From Phycisphaerales bacterium (GTDB lineage: Bacteria; Planctomycetota; Phycisphaerae; WQYP01), in contig DAIDJN010000084.1 in the NCBI GenBank assembly GCA_027451365.1, positions 32,001 to 96,000 on the forward strand: 64,000 nt of DNA. Direction: 5' to 3'. Below are positions 33,246 through 42,244 of the stretch, piece by piece. Numbering within the stretch: the stretch's first letter is position 1; each line of letters opens with the position of its first letter. The notes beneath the pieces are model-generated. The model searched no databases and had not been told where the DNA came from. It worked only from the letters and a program-made list of their open reading frames with translations. Position numbers and translations under genes: made by a program.

Positions 33246-34751
33246 ATGATGGAAACAGCGAAGATGAGCGGTGTGCCAACTGAAGCCCCCCGCCAGAGCA
33301 GCCCGGATCAGCGGCATCGGGAAATGCTTCGCGATTTTGGCGCATCGCACTATCTGGAACTTCGTGCCAGTTACGAACGAAATGCCTATTTCCACCGCTA
33401 TTTGAACCGCATCATTTCGCGCCAGATTCCCCCCGGTGCCAGCGTGCTGGATGTCGGCTGTGGCAATGGCAATCTGCTGGCGCAATTGCGGCCGCAAGTC
33501 GGTATCGGAATTGATCTGAATCCTGAAGCCATCGCTGACGCCCGCCAGCGCCATCCCGAATTTACCTTTCATACGTGCGCGGTGGAGGATATTTCAACGA
33601 TTTCCCTCCCGAAGGTGGACTACGTTATTGTCTCCGGCGTGTTGCAGCAGCTTTATGATCTGCACACAGCTTTGGCAGCGATTGCCACGGTGTGCCATGC
33701 GGACACACGCCTGATTTTCTGCACCTACAGCCGCCTCTGGCAACCCTTTATCCGGCTGGCGGAAATGATAGGCCGCAAAATGTCGCTGCCGGCGGAAAGC
33801 TGGATTCCGCCAGACGAAATCGTCAGTCTTCTCACACAGGGAAATTATACAGTAGTGCGTCAGCGGCCCGGTGTAATTATGCCACTAGGTGTTCCGGTAC
33901 TGGCCGATGTCATCAATCGCTGGATAGCCCCCCTTCCAGGCTTTCGTCACTTGCCGCTGTGCACTCTTACGGTGGCCCGGCCCCTGCGGCTGCCGGAAAT
34001 GTCAAACTATACCTCTGCCCCCCCCACCGATTCTTCCGTCAGCGTGGTCATTCCCGTCCGCAATGAAGCCGGAAACATTCAACCGCTGCTCGACCGTCTG
34101 CCGCATATGGCCAGTCGACAAGAAGTGATATTTGTGGAAGGCAACAGCACCGACAACACGTGGGAGGCGGTTCTTGCGGCCGTGGCCAGCTACCAGGGAC
34201 CGATGAAGTTAACCGCCATGAAACAGGATGGAAAAGGCAAAGGCGATGCGGTGCGAAAAGGATTTGCCGCCGCCACTGGGGAAATCCTTCTGATTCTGGA
34301 TGGCGATATATCCGTTCCGCCAGAGGAATTGCCGCGGTTTGTAAATCTGATTCGCGATGGCAGGTGTGAATTCGCCAATGGATCCCGGCTGGTTTATCCC
34401 ATGGAAAAGCAGGCTATGCAGTTTTTGAATATGATCGCCAATAAATGTTTTGGCTATTTGTTTACCTATCTGCTCGGCCAGCGCGTCCGCGACACGCTGT
34501 GCGGAACCAAAGTACTTTCCCGCAACAATTACCTGCGCATTGCCGCGAATCGGGCATATTTCGGCGATTTTGACCCTTTTGGCGATTTCGATCTTCTCTT
34601 TGGCGCAGCGCATCTGAACCTGCAGATTTCTGATGTCCCGGTTCATTACAAACAGCGTGTTTATGGTGAAACAAACATATCAAGATTCCGCCATGGCGTC
34701 ATGCTGCTGCAAATGTGCCTGTTTGCTGCCCGGAAAATTACCTTTGTATAG
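33246..34751 (+). CDS. Class I SAM methyltransferase-like domain fused to GT2 glycosyltransferase
   Basis: VLDVGCGNG; VVIPVRNEAGNI, GKGDAVRKG, ILDGD, DTLCGTK. Confidence 0.88.
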   Translation: MMETAKMSGVPTEAPRQSSPDQRHREMLRDFGASHYLELRASYERNAYFHRYLNRIISRQIPPGASVLDVGCGNGNLLAQLRPQVGIGIDLNPEAIADARQRHPEFTFHTCAVEDISTISLPKVDYVIVSGVLQQLYDLHTALAAIATVCHADTRLIFCTYSRLWQPFIRLAEMIGRKMSLPAESWIPPDEIVSLLTQGNYTVVRQRPGVIMPLGVPVLADVINRWIAPLPGFRHLPLCTLTVARPLRLPEMSNYTSAPPTDSSVSVVIPVRNEAGNIQPLLDRLPHMASRQEVIFVEGNSTDNTWEAVLAAVASYQGPMKLTAMKQDGKGKGDAVRKGFAAATGEILLILDGDISVPPEELPRFVNLIRDGRCEFANGSRLVYPMEKQAMQFLNMIANKCFGYLFTYLLGQRVRDTLCGTKVLSRNNYLRIAANRAYFGDFDPFGDFDLLFGAAHLNLQISDVPVHYKQRVYGETNISRFRHGVMLLQMCLFAARKITFV

Positions 34752-35102
34752 CCAGCACATCGCCAATCAATTAGACCGCGACATGTCCAATAGATATCGC
34801 GGCTGCCCCAATTAGCAAGGCGAAATATCCTCCAAATATCCATAACCGGCAGGTGAATCTTGTGATAATTCCTGGGGCCAAAGTTGTCTGAGAATGGGCC
34901 ATGCTTCCAGGCGCGATCCCGATGGCCTGAATCATTTAACCCAATGAACCGTGCTGCGGCGACAATGGGGACATGGGCCAGCGGCATTTCGTGTCACCCC
35001 CCCCATCTGCCGGTCGGCCGCGGGCCCGGGAATGGAATTGGCGTAAAACGCGATGGGGCCATATACTGCTTCCCTTTGATTTGGCGGCCCGGAGCGGTGT
35101 AA

Positions 35103-35840
35103 ATGAAAAACGAAGAACGTCACGAACTTCAACAGAACGATCTGGTTGGCAGCATGGCTGGCCTGTATGTTTTCCTGCGAAAATACGGAGTATATATCCT
35201 GCTGGCGGTGGCGCTGGGCGTACTGGCCTGGGAGCTTTTAAATATGCATCGGGCGGCACAAAAGGCCCGGCTGCAGGCCGCCTGGATGGCATTACAAAAT
35301 GCAGTATCCCCCCACCAGGTGCAGACGCAGGTGCTGGATAAGTACAAAATAGCCGCCGTGGATGCGCGGGCCTATGTCAAAATTGGCAGCATTTACCTCC
35401 AGACGGTGAACAAAGCAGACCTGAATATAATTAAAGGATTTCACCCGACCAAAGCAGAAGCGATAGCGGGTGCGAAGCTGGCATTTCGCAAGGTTATTCA
35501 CACATGGCCGAAAGAAGAATTGGCGGTGGCGCGCAGCCAACTGGGACTGGCCCTGGCGTATGAGGATGCCGGGCAATGGGCCAAGGCGGCCGCGATTTAC
35601 AAGATTTTTACCCGAAAAGATGCCACTGCCATGCAGAAATCATTTGCCACGCTGGCCTCATACCGCTTGGCCCATTTGAAAGCCTGGCAGTCGCCGGTGC
35701 TGGTTGGTCCTGCGATTGATTTATCTATTCCGAAAACGGTGCCGGCCAAAACTTCCGCTACCAAACCAACCAAATTGCCGCCTGGTCAGCCAGTGACCGG
35801 AACCAAGCCAGCCACCACGACTCCGGCTGCCAGCAAATGA
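35103..35840 (+). CDS. Membrane-anchored TPR-like protein (YfgM-like)
   Basis: ERHELQQN N-terminus, single TM, helical repeats (LGLALAYEDAGQWAKAAAIY), Pro/Thr/Lys tail. Confidence 0.6.
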   Translation: MKNEERHELQQNDLVGSMAGLYVFLRKYGVYILLAVALGVLAWELLNMHRAAQKARLQAAWMALQNAVSPHQVQTQVLDKYKIAAVDARAYVKIGSIYLQTVNKADLNIIKGFHPTKAEAIAGAKLAFRKVIHTWPKEELAVARSQLGLALAYEDAGQWAKAAAIYKIFTRKDATAMQKSFATLASYRLAHLKAWQSPVLVGPAIDLSIPKTVPAKTSATKPTKLPPGQPVTGTKPATTTPAASK

Positions 35841-35904
35841 CAAGCAGCGCGGCTAAGTACAAGGGCGACAGAGTGTCAGCCTATACCCCGGAGATACAGA
35901 AAGC

Positions 35905-36549
35905 ATGACCACCAACCCGATAAGCGATCTGGCCAGGCTTTCGATAACGGACTTTCTTGCCGCGCTGGCGGCCAAAACTTCTACTCCGGGAGGCGGATCG
36001 GTTGCAGCTCTGACCGGCAGTCTGGCCAGCGCACAACTTCGCATGACCTTGTCTTATACCCTGGGCAAGAAAAAATTCGCAGACGTGGAAGCCCAACTGC
36101 AGGTGGCGGCACACAATGTGGATGGGCTGACTGCGGAATTTCTGTCCCTTATGGAACTGGACCGTGCGGCGTATGAATCGCTATGCCGGTTTCTTAAGAT
36201 GGCACCCGAACAGCAAGCCGCGGATAAGGATTTTGTTCCCGCGGCTCTGGCTGCGGTAGAAGTTCCGATCAAATGTGCTAAAGCGGCCCTGCGGCTTATT
36301 GTTCAGGCTGCGGCAATTGTGGAAAAAATAAATCCGTCGCTAATTTCCGACTTGGGCGTGTCGGTGGAATTAGCCCGCGGCGTGACGGCCTGTTGTGAAT
36401 TAAACGTGCATATTAATTTGCCGGTATTGCCAGATAAAAAAGCCGCAGCGGACCTGGCCCAGGAGATCTACGCCATTCGGCGGCAGGCGACGGAACTTTC
36501 GGATCAGATAGGCCGGCAGCTTCGGACCATTATGCCGCAAGTGTCCTGA
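35905..36549 (+). CDS. Cyclodeaminase/cyclohydrolase family protein (FTCD C-terminal-like)
   Basis: TPGGGSVAAL, DRAAY, NPSLISDLGV, NVHINL. Confidence 0.88.
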   Translation: MTTNPISDLARLSITDFLAALAAKTSTPGGGSVAALTGSLASAQLRMTLSYTLGKKKFADVEAQLQVAAHNVDGLTAEFLSLMELDRAAYESLCRFLKMAPEQQAADKDFVPAALAAVEVPIKCAKAALRLIVQAAAIVEKINPSLISDLGVSVELARGVTACCELNVHINLPVLPDKKAAADLAQEIYAIRRQATELSDQIGRQLRTIMPQVS

Positions 36550-36770
36550 AAGCGGCATATGGATTGCACGGCTGACCCGTGATTAGTTGTAATCGCTAGA
36601 ATTTCTGATGGACTGGCGCGGATGGGGACGCCGCAACCCTAAGATGGTTTTGGCAAACTGATTGCGACACGGAACAGCGGACCGTATTGTGAATGGCGGA
36701 CTGCCGGGCGGATGTGCGCGACTCTTAGGACCATCGCCGAGATGCTCCGAGGCCCAACTCGAAGATTGGA

Positions 36771-37409
36771 ATGCTGATGAACCGTTCAGAGCCATCATCA
36801 CAAAAGCCGGAACAGGCGGCCGCAAGTGTTGCGATTTTTGAACCGGCAGGCCGCGTACAACATAGCCCGGCGCTTCGGTGGGATGTGCATTTTATGAATC
36901 TGGCACTAGACCTGGCCCGGCAGGCGGCACAACAGGGTGACATTCCGGTTGGTGCAATTGTGGTTCGCCAGCGCACGGCGATAGCCGGGCGGCAAACCGG
37001 CGAGGACACGGATTTACCGGAAATTGTCGGCCTGGGGGAAAATCGGCGCCATCGGAATTTTGACCCGACTGCCCACGCGGAAATTTTAGCGTTGCGCGCC
37101 GCGGGTGAAAAATGCGGGCAATGGCAATTAACCGACTGTGATCTATATGTGACTCTTGAACCGTGCCCCATGTGTGCCGGCGCACTGGTAAATGCCCGCA
37201 TTCGCCGGGTAATTTTTGGCTGTTCTGATCCCAAGGCCGGCGCGGTGGAAACGCTTTTTCGACTGACTCAGGACGCACGATTAAATCATCGGGTGGTGAC
37301 GACCGGCGGAATTTGTTCGGTGGAAGCGGCCGGTCTGCTGAAGCAGTTCTTTGCGGACAAACGCAAAAACAGGATTCCCGAACCTGGTGCCGATAACGGG
37401 TCCGCCTAG
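36771..37409 (+). CDS. tadA: tRNA adenosine(34) deaminase
   Basis: IPVGAIVV, DPTAHAE, TLEPCPMCAGA, DPKAGA, RLNH. Start uncertain. Confidence 0.9.
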   Translation: MLMNRSEPSSQKPEQAAASVAIFEPAGRVQHSPALRWDVHFMNLALDLARQAAQQGDIPVGAIVVRQRTAIAGRQTGEDTDLPEIVGLGENRRHRNFDPTAHAEILALRAAGEKCGQWQLTDCDLYVTLEPCPMCAGALVNARIRRVIFGCSDPKAGAVETLFRLTQDARLNHRVVTTGGICSVEAAGLLKQFFADKRKNRIPEPGADNGSA

Positions 37410-38425
37410 CCCGCAGCGGAGTGGGGAGACATCTGCAGAACGACAGCATCCACCAGTCGCTTGACGGCAACGTCCACGGGGCCATCCAACTGGCAACCTG
37501 CGGCGCGGGCGTGGCCGCCGCCACCGAAAGCAGTACCGATTTTATTTACATCCGCCTTTCCTTTGCTGCGAAGGCTGGCGCGGAATTTTCCGCCAACGGC
37601 CTGCGCCATACATATGGATACTTCCACGTCAGCCACCATCATCGCCATATCTACCAAGCCTTCGGTCTGCCAAGGCTGGGCGTTGCAGGCAATCAGGTCG
37701 CTTTGAAGAATATGGGTGATGGCAATTTTCTGGCTGGCAAACCATTGCATATGTTCCAGGGCCAGCCGCATCAGATCCAGCTTAGCGCGGCTTTCCTGCT
37801 GTGCGGTAAGCGAATATACCTGATTGGAAGAGGCTCCGGCGGCAATTAAATTTGCCGCCAGCCGATGGGTTGCCGGACGAACAGAATCAAATCGGAACCA
37901 GCCGGTATCCGCCACAAGGCCCGCCAGCAACGCGGTGGCGGTAAGGGTGTCAATCATTCTGTGCATCCGGTCAAAAATATCCGCGACCAGTTCGACACAT
38001 GCTGGAGCGCCGGTATCGCGTACCAGAATACCGCACGGCATGTCACCACTTATATGGTGATCCAGAATAACGATTTTTTCCGCCAGCGGCCGCAGGAGAG
38101 CCGCCGCCGGCTCAAGTTGCTGCGGAGCGCTGGTGTCCACAACCATAATCAGATCAAAGTCTGTCAGATGAGCCTGTCCCCAGTCAGCGGTGTAGTCCAC
38201 AAGTGCAAAGCCGCCGCGCTCCAGCAGAAACCGCAGAGGCGCTGGCGGGGTGGAAAGGCTTACCAGTGTGGCGCTTTTGCCAAGGCCAACCAGCAGACGG
38301 CACATGGCAACCTGAGATCCAAGGGCGTCGGCGTCGGGCCGGGTGTGGGTAAACACCGCCACATTGCCGCTATTGTCAAGCCGGGAAATAAGGTCGTTCA
38401 TATTGACTGATATATCTTCAGACAT
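37406..38425 (-). CDS. nrnA: DHH/DHHA1 phosphoesterase (NrnA-like oligoribonuclease/PAP phosphatase)
   Basis: HTRPDADALGS, VDT, LDHH, DTG, SLRS, GGGHARAAG. Confidence 0.88.
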   Translation of the reverse strand: MSEDISVNMNDLISRLDNSGNVAVFTHTRPDADALGSQVAMCRLLVGLGKSATLVSLSTPPAPLRFLLERGGFALVDYTADWGQAHLTDFDLIMVVDTSAPQQLEPAAALLRPLAEKIVILDHHISGDMPCGILVRDTGAPACVELVADIFDRMHRMIDTLTATALLAGLVADTGWFRFDSVRPATHRLAANLIAAGASSNQVYSLTAQQESRAKLDLMRLALEHMQWFASQKIAITHILQSDLIACNAQPWQTEGLVDMAMMVADVEVSICMAQAVGGKFRASLRSKGKADVNKIGTAFGGGGHARAAGCQLDGPVDVAVKRLVDAVVLQMSPHSAAG

Positions 38426-38434
38426 CGTTTTTCC

Positions 38435-39442
38435 TTAAACACGTTCCGCGTCGCCAACGGCGTGGTGCGGCGATCGGCCTGATGTCGGCATCATGGCGTC
38501 TGGACCGCCGAATGCCGGCGTTTCTAAAATGGCTTTTACATCGCGGGCAATCTGCTGGCGCAGATTTTCGGGACCGGCGAAGGTCTGCTGATCGCGAACG
38601 AAAATTTCAAAACCAAGGTCAATGGTCTGTTCGTAAATATCCTGATCAAAATCCAGAAGAAAGGCCTCTATTCGTCGATCCGTGCCATGAAAGGTGGGGT
38701 TGGTCCCAATACTGATCGCGGCACGATATGTTGCTTCGCCAAGCCGTGCCCAGCCACCGTAAACCCCGTCGGCGGGCACAAGCTGATCGACCCGCAGATT
38801 GACGGTCGGGTATCCGAGCAGCCGACCCCGGCTGTCGCCATGTTCGACCGCGCCCCGAAGTGTATAAGGCCGCCCCAGCAATGTGCGGGCATCGCGCATG
38901 CGGCCATGCGCCACCAGCCAGCGCACGAGCGAGCTGCTGGCGTTGACGAGTGTTTGGTCGGCCAGTGTGGCCTGTGCGGTGGGAACGACAATGGTTTTCC
39001 AGCCGAAGCGAGATTCGTTTTCCAGGAGGGTTTGCACTGTGCCCCGGGCACCTTTTCCGAATGTAAAATTTTCCCCTTCCACCAGCCATTTGGCTCCAAG
39101 CGATTCATGAAGCGTGCGGGCCATAAAGGCCTCCGCGCCAATATCCAGAAATTCGGAGCTGGTTTGAATCAGGATCAGGGCGTCTGGACCAAATCCCCGA
39201 AGAGCCGCCAACCTTTGGTCCAGTGTCATTAGAGCGGGACGGTGCAAACCGGGCTTAAGCAGTGTTATTGGATGAGGATCAAACGTCATGATGACAAAGG
39301 GCCGTTCGTTGCGGATCGCAGTCTGTCGGCCAGTAGCGAGCATACGGCCGTGACCAATATGCACGCCATCAAAATTTCCCACGCACAGCGCACAGCCGCG
39401 AAGGGCAAGTGGAAAATCGACTGGATTGTGAATCACATCCAT
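38435..39442 (-). CDS. ribF: Bifunctional riboflavin kinase/FAD synthetase
   Basis: GNFDGVHIGH, TFDPHP, GRLLGYPTVN, GTNPTF. Confidence 0.95.
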   Translation of the reverse strand: MDVIHNPVDFPLALRGCALCVGNFDGVHIGHGRMLATGRQTAIRNERPFVIMTFDPHPITLLKPGLHRPALMTLDQRLAALRGFGPDALILIQTSSEFLDIGAEAFMARTLHESLGAKWLVEGENFTFGKGARGTVQTLLENESRFGWKTIVVPTAQATLADQTLVNASSSLVRWLVAHGRMRDARTLLGRPYTLRGAVEHGDSRGRLLGYPTVNLRVDQLVPADGVYGGWARLGEATYRAAISIGTNPTFHGTDRRIEAFLLDFDQDIYEQTIDLGFEIFVRDQQTFAGPENLRQQIARDVKAILETPAFGGPDAMMPTSGRSPHHAVGDAERV

Positions 39443-39785
39443 GGTGGCAGTATAGGGGGATGGGCGAACAAATATCAAACAATCAGAAACGGGTTATGAG
39501 TCGTCGCGATATACGAAATTCAGCAGGCATCTAAGTTTCGCCTCCGCTATCAAACGACCAAGCTAAAAGGAACACCGGAGATTGGCCGGCCAGATGGCCG
39601 CCGGCCGGGGTCGATCGGGACTATGCAGGCAAACGCCAGAAATCTGGCCGGTGGAATGCAAGCAAAAGGCGGGATTTGAAATCCACGTCGGACTCGGTTA
39701 ATCGGTTGCCGCAACCAGGCGACGATAATAGAATTGCGACATTGATTTGCGCCAGGGAAGGTTGAGTTATGGAAGGAATCAGTCT

Positions 39786-40739
39786 GTGACGCTTGAACAC
39801 CGCGAACACTTTGCCGACCGGCTGTTGAAGGCCGTGGATGAAAAAAAGACCCCGCTGATAGTCGGCTTGGACCCGGTTTATGAAAACCTGCCCCCCGCAC
39901 TATTGGACGGCCGGCCCGCAGCCGGGCCGCCGTCGCTAGCGGTCCAGATTCAAGCGATTGCCGAATTTTGTAATCATATTCTAACGATTGCTGCGGCGCA
40001 TGTGCCTGCCGTTAAGATAAATATCGCGTATTTTGAAGCATACGGCCCAGCAGGAGTCGCGTTGTACGGGGATATTGTGGCGCGAGCCCAACAGGCGGGG
40101 CTGCTTGTGATTGGCGATGTTAAACGTGCGGATATCGGCCATACCGCCGCCCAGTACGCTCGCGGGAATCTGGCGGATACGGTCTATTCGGATATCGGAA
40201 TATTGCGGAATCCGGATTCGATTACGATCAATCCATATTTTGGGTTCGATGGGATTGCCCCATTCCTGGATATTTGCACGGAACAAAATAAGGGCTTGTT
40301 TATCCTGCTGCGCACCAGCAACCAGAGCGCCGGACAGATTCAGGAAATACCGGCGGCGGATGGCCAACCAATGTTTATGCACATTGCGAATCGGATTAAC
40401 GAATGGGGTGCCAAACTTGTGGGAAATTCCGGATTCAGCAGTGTGGGTGCGGTGGTGGGTGCAACCAGTGGAAAGGCCATTGGACAGATTCGCCGCGCGA
40501 TGCCGCACACTCTGTTTTTAATTCCGGGGTTGGGCGCGCAGGGCGGAAGCCTTACAGATTGCCTGCCCGCATTTGACCCACACGGACATGGCGCGGTGAT
40601 ATCCGCAAGCCGCTCCATTATTTTCGCGCATCGGGAAAAGCAGTTTAACGAGCTTCCGCCGGACCAGTGGCCGCAGGCGGTGGAACGATCGCTGCTGGCG
40701 ACCAAAAAGGAGATTTCATCGGTCATCCGCATCCGATGA
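39786..40739 (+). CDS. pyrF: Orotidine-5'-phosphate decarboxylase
   Basis: VGLDP, DVKRADIGHT, LRTSN, GAVVGAT, LIPGLGAQGG, SRSII. GTG start chosen after GGAAGGA. Confidence 0.94.
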   Translation: MTLEHREHFADRLLKAVDEKKTPLIVGLDPVYENLPPALLDGRPAAGPPSLAVQIQAIAEFCNHILTIAAAHVPAVKINIAYFEAYGPAGVALYGDIVARAQQAGLLVIGDVKRADIGHTAAQYARGNLADTVYSDIGILRNPDSITINPYFGFDGIAPFLDICTEQNKGLFILLRTSNQSAGQIQEIPAADGQPMFMHIANRINEWGAKLVGNSGFSSVGAVVGATSGKAIGQIRRAMPHTLFLIPGLGAQGGSLTDCLPAFDPHGHGAVISASRSIIFAHREKQFNELPPDQWPQAVERSLLATKKEISSVIRIR

Positions 40740-40840
40740 AAATGCAATGGGCGTAACTGCGGGTCGCCCGGTCCAAAATACGGCAGATGCTTAAACAGTT
40801 GAACCAAATACTCGTGGGGTATCGGCAAAGGCAATCGGTC

Positions 40841-42244
40841 ATGACACGGGACACAGATTTGAAAATGAATTCCCTTTCTGGCAAACGGGTGGTGGTAATG
40901 GGACTGGGGAATTTTGGCGGCGGCGTGGGCGTGAGCCGCTGGCTTTGCGCACAAGGCGCACAGGTCACGGTCACGGACAGCCAGCCCCAGGCGGAACTTC
41001 AGAGCGCCCTGGAAAAGATTAAAGACCTTCCGGTGCGGGTAATTGCTGGTGGCCACCCTTTTTCCCTGCTGGATTCCTGCGACCTGCTGGTGGTAAACCC
41101 CGCGGTGAATAAGTCACAATCTGATTTTTATCTGGAAGCGGTTCGCCGACAAATCGCGATTTCTACGGAAATTAACCTGTTTCTGGAGCGGTGTCCTGCA
41201 ACCATTATTGGAGTGACCGGAAGTGTGGGCAAATCCACCACAACGGCAATGATTCACACCGCTTTGGCGGCAATTTATGAGAAAAGCGGCCGGGGAAAAT
41301 GCTGGATGGGCGGCAACATTGGCCAATCGCTGCTGGCGGATCTGGTCAAAATGACGGCTGCGGATGTGGTGGTACTGGAACTTTCCAGTTTTATGCTTGA
41401 GGATACGCCGCTGCTGAAATTTTCGCCGCATGTGGCGGTGGTTACGAATCTGGTGGGAAACCATCTGGATCGCCACGGGACGCTGGCGAATTATGCCAAG
41501 GCGAAGCAGAATATTCTGCGATTTCAAAAGAGCAATGATTTTGCCATCCTGAATTCGGAAGATCCTGTTGTCGCCGGCTGGGGTAACCTGACCGCTGGTA
41601 GGGCGTTGTTTTATGGCGTGGCTGACCGTCCGCCCCTGGAACTCGGTGTGCCTGGACGGCATAACCAGTCCAACGCGCGGGCGGCGCTGGCGGTTATTGG
41701 TGCTTTGGGCCTTTCCGAGGAACTGCCTGCTGCGTTGGCCGCGTTACGTGCATTTCGCGGTCTGCCACACCGACTGGAACTTGTGCACAGCGTCCAATTG
41801 AAACATGGGAACACAACCTACAGCGTTCAATGGTTTAACGATTCCAAAGCCACGACACCGGAAAGCGCGCTAATCGCGTTGGATGCCTTTATACCAGGCA
41901 GCTTTGTGTGCATTATTGGCGGTTATAATAAACATGCAGATATGACTAAGTTTACATATACGCTCGCGGCGCGTTGTGCCGGCGTACTGGGGACAGGGGA
42001 TACCGGCCCGGCAATGGTCCAACAGGTGCTGGCACATGGGCGGCTGACGGAATCACGTTGCATGGTAGCGAAAAATCTGGAAGACGCGATGCGGACCGCA
42101 CATCAGTGGGTGCGCACCGATCCGGCGGTAAGAACCATTCTGCTTTCACCCGGCTGTGCATCGTATGGGTTGTTTACAAATTATGAACAGCGCGGTGCCG
42201 TTTTCACCCAACTGGCACGGACATTTAATCCGCAGACCGCTTAA
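40841..42244 (+). CDS. murD: UDP-N-acetylmuramoyl-L-alanine--D-glutamate ligase
   Basis: GVTGSVGKSTT, GGNIG, LELSSF, NHLDRH, PHRLE, NDSKAT, LLSPGCAS. Confidence 0.93.
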   Translation: MTRDTDLKMNSLSGKRVVVMGLGNFGGGVGVSRWLCAQGAQVTVTDSQPQAELQSALEKIKDLPVRVIAGGHPFSLLDSCDLLVVNPAVNKSQSDFYLEAVRRQIAISTEINLFLERCPATIIGVTGSVGKSTTTAMIHTALAAIYEKSGRGKCWMGGNIGQSLLADLVKMTAADVVVLELSSFMLEDTPLLKFSPHVAVVTNLVGNHLDRHGTLANYAKAKQNILRFQKSNDFAILNSEDPVVAGWGNLTAGRALFYGVADRPPLELGVPGRHNQSNARAALAVIGALGLSEELPAALAALRAFRGLPHRLELVHSVQLKHGNTTYSVQWFNDSKATTPESALIALDAFIPGSFVCIIGGYNKHADMTKFTYTLAARCAGVLGTGDTGPAMVQQVLAHGRLTESRCMVAKNLEDAMRTAHQWVRTDPAVRTILLSPGCASYGLFTNYEQRGAVFTQLARTFNPQTA